The position numbers and the translations under genes were made by a program. Shown here piece after piece: positions 47,626 to 49,453 of a stretch of DNA of 49,453 nt. Position 1 is the first letter of the stretch, and each line of letters starts with the position of its first letter. Source of the DNA: Tubiluchus corallicola (lineage: Eukaryota > Animalia > Priapulida); NCBI GenBank assembly GCA_030141605.1, contig JAQGDQ010001290.1, forward strand, positions 1 to 49,453, read 5' to 3'. The notes beneath the pieces are model-generated. The model made no database searches. It was given only the letters and a program-made list of their open reading frames with translations, and was not told where the DNA came from.

Positions 47626-49453
47626 GCAGGTTTAAGCAAATAAAATATCAGAGTCTAATTGATCATGTCACACCAATGAGCACACATCGTTATACGTAGC
47701 TGTCAAGCGAGGATTCCCCGAAACAGAACCTGGAAGTAACTTGTAGTCACTTTCATCCTAGTGAAAGTGTTTCATTCTATTTTACAGTCCAATTTTGTCC
47801 TCTTTCCAACAAACTCCCTCTAACACCCCTACGAAGCACCACACGCGTGTTTTTTAATGACGTTTAGGAAAGTTTTCTGAAAAAAACGGGCAAAAATACC
47901 CATGGATTTTGACAGCTTTTGTCCCGCAATTCCTTCTCGGTGTCTCAAAACTGCAACAAAAAATTGAAGGCATTCTTCCTTGTTATATGCCCAATCCATC
48001 CACAAAATTAACAAACAAACAAACAAACCTATGGTGATGAAAACTTATCTATAACTCACACTGTATTTGGGCAAATAACTACTCAAGCCCTTAATTAAAT
48101 GCACTGAAAAGTGCATTAAAAGTATATTAACTAATGACGAAGTAATATACAAAAAATGAACATTTTTTGGACTCAGTAGGTTGGACTCATTAGTCTCCAT
48201 GATATAACATGATATGATCACCTGTTACACCAAGCTCCTAACTTAACTAAACTAAATACTTGATTACTTTAGCACACATTAATTAATTAATTATTAGATG
48301 CTCATCTGTTTTGCCAGCAACTACAATGAATAATAACAAGAGGATTGAGTTTCAAGTAGTTTTCTGCTTTTTTCTGGTAGGTAATGTGTTAAGTTTGCCA
48401 ACAACTGTGCCAAATATTTCAGGAAAACTTGGGTTTTTTACTTCAAACACAAGAAAACCCTTCACTTACATAAAGCTTAAAAAATTCGCCTTGAAATTTT
48501 ATGCCACTTACATACTGCCTTTTTGCATATTAAACTTGCGTCAGCAATAATGCTGTATAAAACATGTAAATTTAAACACCATTAGACGCAGCCATTTGGA
48601 TGATAAGTCATTTGAAACAAGTTAAAATAATATTGTGTTAAGTTTGAAAAAATACAGGGCATTCGTAGCGAATACATCACTAACTAAATAAAATTTAAAA
48701 TGACTGTATCTTGTCAATAAGATTAAAATACGTTTTTGGTTAGTAAGTGGTGCACCCTGGAGGATGAGTCAGCGACATTTTATCAATTGGTGAAAACATT
48801 TTAAATATTTAATAATTTTCTTTGCTAGTTACATAAGTCTGTCAAGCAGGTAAGCTAAATGCTAAGTAATATAATTTTGCATGGAAAGTTTTTTGGGACA
48901 TAATTCAACATTTACTTTTCTTTCCCTGATTTACGTTGTGTGTAGGTGACGGCGCATAAGGCGCCGGTCGGAATAGTGTCGCGGGAAATTTAAAATGAAA
49001 ACGAGCAAAAAATCCTTCAATGCCAGTACAATATACAAATAAAATTGCTATAAAGCAATACAATTTTTAAGGCGACTTTTCTGAAACCTACTTCGCTTGC
49101 CCCATTTCTTGTCCTTTAAGACTTGTAGAGTTTTCCAAAAACAAAACCGAGCCTAAATAACATTTTAACAATTAAACATGCACAACGCACCTATAATATC
49201 CAGTTGCTGTAGTAACAGAGAGACATTAGGTGCAATTGATGATTCAAACTCTTGCACATCTGCTAAATTTGACAAGTCGTACAGGATGTTACCTGGCCTT
49301 TTCAATTGCACTAATATCTAGAAAACAAACAAAAATCAAGTGATTTGTGATTTTTCACAACGAAATCAGTGAGGTTTTTAAAATAAGCCTACCTGGTACC
49401 ATAGAAACAGTATTTGTCTACTTGCAGAATCAGTATAATAATAATTTTAATAG
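9900..49453 (-). CDS. ABCA2: ABCA2-like ATP-binding cassette subfamily A transporter, multi-exon, 5' part outside the window
   Basis: Spliced exons give [15 protein letters not shown]...[52 protein letters not shown]1 ([29 protein letters not shown]), TMD2, NBD2 ([29 protein letters not shown]) and [15 protein letters not shown]. These motifs match my recollection of ABCA2 better than ABCA1/3/4. Splice phases are consistent throughout. Confidence 0.92.
10150..10278 (-). CDS. ABCA2: ABCA2-like C-terminal exon, copy 4 (VFINFVKLQ...[10 protein letters not shown])
   Basis: tttcatag|GTATTTATTAAT...ACTACA|gtaagt; 129 nt, phase 0-0. Confidence 0.8.
10325..10453 (-). CDS. ABCA2: ABCA2-like C-terminal exon, copy 3
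   Basis: Same exon, donor gtaatt. Confidence 0.5.
10500..10628 (-). CDS. ABCA2: ABCA2-like C-terminal exon, copy 2
   Basis: Same exon, donor gtaatt. Confidence 0.5.
10675..10803 (-). CDS. ABCA2: ABCA2-like C-terminal exon, copy 1
   Basis: Same exon, acceptor ttccatag, donor gtaatt. Confidence 0.6.
11242..11661. mobile_element. hAT-like MITE
   Basis: CAGGGGC...GCCCCTG termini; 8-bp flanks GGTATAAC/GTTACAAC (6/8 match); inverted partial copy at about 35330-35622. Confidence 0.7.
11701..11838 (-). CDS. ABCA2: ABCA2-like exon ([11 protein letters not shown]...[10 protein letters not shown])
   Basis: ag/gtaagt, 138 nt, phase 0-0. Confidence 0.92.
12215..12320 (-). CDS. ABCA2: ABCA2-like exon ([10 protein letters not shown]...KATLK)
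   Basis: ag/gt, 106 nt, phase 2-0. Confidence 0.92.
12479..12954. mobile_element. Tigger/pogo-like MITE
   Basis: TA-CAGTGATACCCCGAGATAC...GTAAGTCGAGGTTCCACCG-TA imperfect TIRs. Confidence 0.7.
12997..13089 (-). CDS. ABCA2: ABCA2-like exon ([30 protein letters not shown])
   Basis: ag/gt, 93 nt, phase 2-2. Confidence 0.93.
13505..14039. mobile_element. Kolobok-like MITE
   Basis: TTAA-AGAAAAACCGGATGATTGT...ACAATCATCGGTCTTCCT-TTAA; purine-purine termini with TTAA flanks. Confidence 0.6.
14117..14220 (-). CDS. ABCA2: ABCA2-like exon, NBD2 Walker B/H-loop (DEPTTGMDP...SVVLTSH)
   Basis: ag/gt, 104 nt, phase 0-2. Confidence 0.95.
14575..14790 (+). mobile_element. piggyBac-like (TTAA-CCC) non-autonomous element fragment
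   Basis: TTAACCCTTTCACTAT start; similar to 43074-43310 and, inverted, to 29160-29512. Confidence 0.6.
15346..15480 (-). CDS. ABCA2: ABCA2-like exon, NBD2 signature (VVQWALKKL...[24 protein letters not shown])
   Basis: ag/gt, 135 nt, phase 0-0; not in the ORF track. Confidence 0.95.
15624..15860 (+). mobile_element. Kolobok-like repeat fragment
   Basis: Inverted copy at about 48865-49118, which ends TTGTCCT-TTAA. Confidence 0.55.
16488..16629 (-). CDS. ABCA2: ABCA2-like exon, NBD2 Q-loop ([10 protein letters not shown])
   Basis: ag/gt, 142 nt, phase 2-0. Confidence 0.95.
16980..17086 (-). CDS. ABCA2: ABCA2-like exon, NBD2 Walker A ([22 protein letters not shown]), with GC donor
   Basis: 107 nt, phase 0-2; donor AAG|gcaagc. 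Confidence 0.92.
17504..17693 (-). CDS. ABCA2: ABCA2-like exon ([14 protein letters not shown]...GIPQGE)
   Basis: ag/gt, 190 nt, phase 2-0. Confidence 0.93.
17809..18581. mobile_element. Tigger-like MITE with duplicated left end
   Basis: TA-CAGTAAGTCCTTG at 17809 and again at 17872; right end GAGTACTTACTG-TA. Confidence 0.7.
18789..18930 (-). CDS. ABCA2: ABCA2-like exon ([11 protein letters not shown]...FFKP)
   Basis: ag/gt, 142 nt, phase 1-2. Confidence 0.92.
19507..19630 (-). CDS. ABCA2: ABCA2-like exon ([27 protein letters not shown])
   Basis: ag/gt, 124 nt, phase 0-1. Confidence 0.93.
20323..20800. repeat. About 239-bp tandem duplication
   Basis: AAAAACCTACACAA...AATATTTATTAAATAGA twice, with scattered substitutions. 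Confidence 0.9.
20823..20970 (-). CDS. ABCA2: ABCA2-like exon ([14 protein letters not shown]...FSYDA)
   Basis: ag/gt, 148 nt, phase 2-0. Confidence 0.93.
21495..22229. mobile_element. PIF/Harbinger-like MITE
   Basis: TAA-GGCCGCCCACAAAAAA...TTTTTTGTTGTTGGCC-TAA with 3-bp TAA flanks; internal tandem duplication at about 21625-21785. Confidence 0.6.
22278..22393 (-). CDS. ABCA2: ABCA2-like exon (CNSLVPS...[13 protein letters not shown])
   Basis: ag/gtaagt, 116 nt, phase 0-2. Confidence 0.93.
22920..23672 (-). mobile_element. Putative non-autonomous Helitron-like element
   Basis: Minus strand starts in (TA)n and ends GGGCCTTTGCTAGT; no TIR or TSD seen; the 3' 150 bp recurs inverted at 46729-46877, also ending CTAGT. 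Confidence 0.45.
23700..23874 (-). CDS. ABCA2: ABCA2-like exon ([23 protein letters not shown]...FFWDV)
   Basis: ag/gt, 175 nt, phase 2-0. Confidence 0.95.
24282..24454 (-). CDS. ABCA2: ABCA2-like exon ([10 protein letters not shown]...[10 protein letters not shown])
   Basis: ag/gtgagt, 173 nt, phase 0-2. Confidence 0.93.
24632..27247 (-). mobile_element. RTE-clade non-LTR retrotransposon, 5'-truncated
   Basis: End of AP endonuclease ([15 protein letters not shown]...WTDHRLL), RT motifs ([38 protein letters not shown]), [11 protein letters not shown]; C-terminal CxxC..H...H after one TAG; (GAC)n tail; 13-bp TSD AATTTATTTATGT at 24619 and 27293. Confidence 0.95.
24910..27246 (-). CDS. RTE ORF, reverse transcriptase with partial endonuclease (premature stop at 24910)
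   Basis: 750-aa ORF in the track; the frame extends upstream to the truncation point and resumes after the stop to about 24688. Confidence 0.9.
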   Translation of the reverse strand, partial: KTTWRHPRSKLWHTLDYVIVKQQHKKDVLVTRSLPGADDCWTDHRLLISKIRMSLHRKPRTRINNQARRRYDISKLTSPTTSQNYRDALNQKITANQVNTSLDSEWTNLRTAMEEAAQGTIGLQERKHQDWFDSHDQEIAALIDAKRKARIDHEQHPLSPEKKVRFQQLKSQCQSRMRELQNNWWQQKAEELQHHADCRDLRSFYAGTKEIYGPRRTSVGTLMSADNTTLLTESQDILDRWKQHFNTLLNRNSTTAADFLRNVPQHPLQPQLSVPPNFIEFETAIKRMPRGKAAGPDNIQVELISHGGPALKNRLFNLMLQMWEAKRVPDDLKNALIVTIFKKGDRNLCGNYRGISLLSIAGKILSRIILNRLQEVAERIIPESQCGFRALRGTIDMIFCARQLQEKAREQRKPLFLVFYDLEKAYDSVPREAMWAVLQRFGLPDDFIKMIQAMHDGMTARVINQNTISEEFPITCGLKQGCVLAPMLFSLYLTAMLHDLPPDNPGVELRCRFDGGLFNLSRFRARNRTTTFRVTELQYADDNAAPAHSANRLQQSVSNFCDAYSRFGLTVNIGKTKVIVQPSPEADTPVCNISINGADLECVEHFPYLGSLLSVQCNSTKDVENRLRAAHAAFGRLSTRVFGNAHLTRRTKLMVYNAIVVSTLLYGCETWTLYCQDLKKLEQFHQKKLRSVSNIRWDDYVTNNSVLERFNTTSIEAMITKHRLRWAGHVARMDENRLPRRILFSELSTGKRPLGRPRRRYKDQLKETLQSARIDPET
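27602..27707 (-). CDS. ABCA2: ABCA2-like exon (YLGLSFGN...[10 protein letters not shown])
   Basis: ag/gtgagt, 106 nt, phase 2-0. Confidence 0.9.
28179..28377 (-). CDS. ABCA2: ABCA2-like exon ([12 protein letters not shown]...YTTDQYRLR)
   Basis: ag/gt, 199 nt, phase 1-2. Confidence 0.92.
28789..29512 (-). mobile_element. piggyBac-like MITE with degenerate (GT/GCAT) microsatellite core
   Basis: Left end TTAA-CCCTTTCACTAC; the right part is an inverted copy of the 14575 and 43074 repeats with an eroded terminus; microsatellite at about 29185-29360. Confidence 0.6.
29632..29923 (-). CDS. ABCA2: ABCA2-like exon ([14 protein letters not shown]...[10 protein letters not shown])
   Basis: ag/gtgagt, 292 nt, phase 0-1. 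Confidence 0.93.
30391..30680 (-). CDS. ABCA2: ABCA2-like exon ([35 protein letters not shown])
   Basis: ag/gt, 290 nt, phase 1-0. Confidence 0.95.
30697..31156. mobile_element. Non-autonomous DNA transposon with TTTCCCTGA subterminal repeats
   Basis: CAGGGTTCC...GGAATTCTG termini and many TTT(C)CCTGAC motifs. Confidence 0.55.
31378..31578 (-). CDS. ABCA2: ABCA2-like exon, low-conservation linker
   Basis: ag/gt, 201 nt, phase 1-1, GC-rich open frame. Confidence 0.75.
32373..32678 (-). CDS. ABCA2: ABCA2-like exon, R1 domain (ELHYILP...[14 protein letters not shown])
   Basis: ag/gtaagt, 306 nt, phase 1-1. Confidence 0.92.
33394..33582 (-). CDS. ABCA2: ABCA2-like exon ([23 protein letters not shown])
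   Basis: ag/gt, 189 nt, phase 1-1. Confidence 0.95.
33824..34020 (-). CDS. ABCA2: ABCA2-like exon, NBD1 signature and Walker B
   Basis: [31 protein letters not shown]; 197 nt, phase 2-1. Confidence 0.95.
35330..35622 (-). mobile_element. Partial inverted copy of the hAT-like MITE at 11242
   Basis: Reverse complement matches about 11242-11540. Confidence 0.75.
35797..36009 (-). CDS. ABCA2: ABCA2-like exon, NBD1 Q-loop ([12 protein letters not shown]...[11 protein letters not shown])
   Basis: ag/gtaagt, 213 nt, phase 2-2. Confidence 0.95.
36364..37653. mobile_element. hAT-like non-autonomous element
   Basis: TIRs TATGGATGTTTAT / GTAAACATCCCTA (11/13 match); 8-bp flanks GACAATAT/AACAATAT (7/8 match). 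Confidence 0.55.
37864..37973 (-). CDS. ABCA2: ABCA2-like exon, NBD1 Walker A ([22 protein letters not shown])
   Basis: ag/gtaagt, 110 nt, phase 0-2. Confidence 0.95.
38060..38932 (-). pseudogene. TRRAP: TRRAP/Tra1 coding fragment, interrupted by a MITE and frameshifted
   Basis: [52 protein letters not shown]|MITE|[29 protein letters not shown](+1)[20 protein letters not shown] matches the TRRAP N-terminal HEAT region as I recall it. Confidence 0.88.
38211..38717. mobile_element. Tc1/pogo-type MITE
   Basis: TA-CAGTGGCCGCCGCTTATT...AATAAGCGGCGGCCACTG-TA; near-perfect TIRs; removing it restores the TRRAP frame. Confidence 0.93.
39287..39513 (-). CDS. ABCA2: ABCA2-like exon ([12 protein letters not shown]...IDNLVK)
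   Basis: ag/gt, 227 nt, phase 1-0. Confidence 0.95.
39906..40110 (-). CDS. ABCA2: ABCA2-like exon ([19 protein letters not shown]...YIEHVYP)
   Basis: ag/gt, 205 nt, phase 0-1. Confidence 0.95.
41636..41786 (-). CDS. ABCA2: ABCA2-like exon ([16 protein letters not shown]...IKIIA)
   Basis: ag/gtgagt, 151 nt, phase 2-0. Confidence 0.95.
41986..42525. mobile_element. Kolobok-like MITE
   Basis: TTAA-AGGAAGACAGGA...TCCAGTTTTGCT-TTAA; terminus resembles the element at 13505. Confidence 0.5.
42752..42942 (-). CDS. ABCA2: ABCA2-like exon ([19 protein letters not shown])
   Basis: ag/gt, 191 nt, phase 0-2. Confidence 0.95.
43074..43310 (+). mobile_element. piggyBac-like repeat fragment, third copy
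   Basis: TTAACCCTTTCACTAT start, CA-rich core, similar to 14575-14790. Confidence 0.6.
43588..43806 (-). CDS. ABCA2: ABCA2-like exon (DIIERS...FPYPCY...EKEKRLKE)
   Basis: ag/gt, 219 nt, phase 0-0. Confidence 0.95.
43826..44440. mobile_element. Non-autonomous TIR element, unclassified
   Basis: TGTGTGCTTGCA..CAAAA..GTC.ATAAGTC.GCA is inverted at both ends (about 40 bp). Confidence 0.7.
44652..45000 (-). mobile_element. Degenerate LINE 3' end (CR1/Rex-like)
   Basis: Minus-strand [11 protein letters not shown] resembles the C-terminal NSF[IV]P motif of these ORF2s, followed by an AT-rich UTR and an AATAAATAAA tail. Confidence 0.35.
45647..45819 (-). CDS. ABCA2: ABCA2-like exon ([17 protein letters not shown]...GFVWIQ)
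   Basis: ag/gt, 173 nt, phase 1-0. Confidence 0.95.
46130..46497 (+). mobile_element. Degenerate L2/Crack-like LINE 3' end
   Basis: GGCTTATACAAGCC hairpin followed by an AT-rich UTR and a (TAA)n(TAAA)n tail. Confidence 0.3.
46557..46691 (-). CDS. ABCA2: ABCA2-like exon (SAACSW...[11 protein letters not shown])
   Basis: ag/gtaagt, 135 nt, phase 1-1. Confidence 0.93.
46729..46877 (+). mobile_element. Helitron-like 3' fragment
   Basis: Inverted copy of 22920-23070, ends CTAGT. Confidence 0.45.
47457..47620. repeat. Compound (CA)n microsatellite
   Basis: Read directly. Confidence 0.92.
48865..49118 (-). mobile_element. Kolobok-like repeat fragment
   Basis: Inverted copy of 15624-15860; terminus TTAA-AGGACAAG on the minus strand. 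Confidence 0.55.
49191..49317 (-). CDS. ABCA2: ABCA2-like exon (ILVQLKRPG...LLLQQLDII)
   Basis: ag/gtgcgt, 127 nt, phase 0-1; joins to give QQLDIIDSAAC. Confidence 0.88.
49393..49453 (-). CDS. ABCA2: ABCA2-like exon, partial at the window edge
   Basis: Open frame [20 protein letters not shown]|gtaggc, phase 0. Confidence 0.65.

Overview
AT-rich, intron-rich genomic DNA from an invertebrate animal, not a prokaryote. Most of the window (about 9.9-49.45 kb, minus strand) is the 3' three-quarters of an ABCA2-like full ABC transporter gene. I traced 33 exons by hand with consistent splice phases, from the first extracellular domain through TMD1, NBD1, ECD2, TMD2, NBD2 and R2; one intron is GC-AG. 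After these, a 129-nt C-terminal exon carrying acidic dileucine motifs occurs in four tandem copies. Bases 1-4.3 kb are a decayed BEL/Pao LTR retrotransposon whose Zn-knuckle/protease/RT segment is inverted relative to gag. The introns hold a nearly intact 5'-truncated RTE LINE, a stray TRRAP/Tra1 coding fragment split by a MITE, many non-autonomous DNA transposons (Tc1/pogo, hAT, Harbinger, Kolobok, piggyBac and Helitron-like), tandem repeats and microsatellites. All coordinates and family assignments come from reading the sequence; no database search was run.
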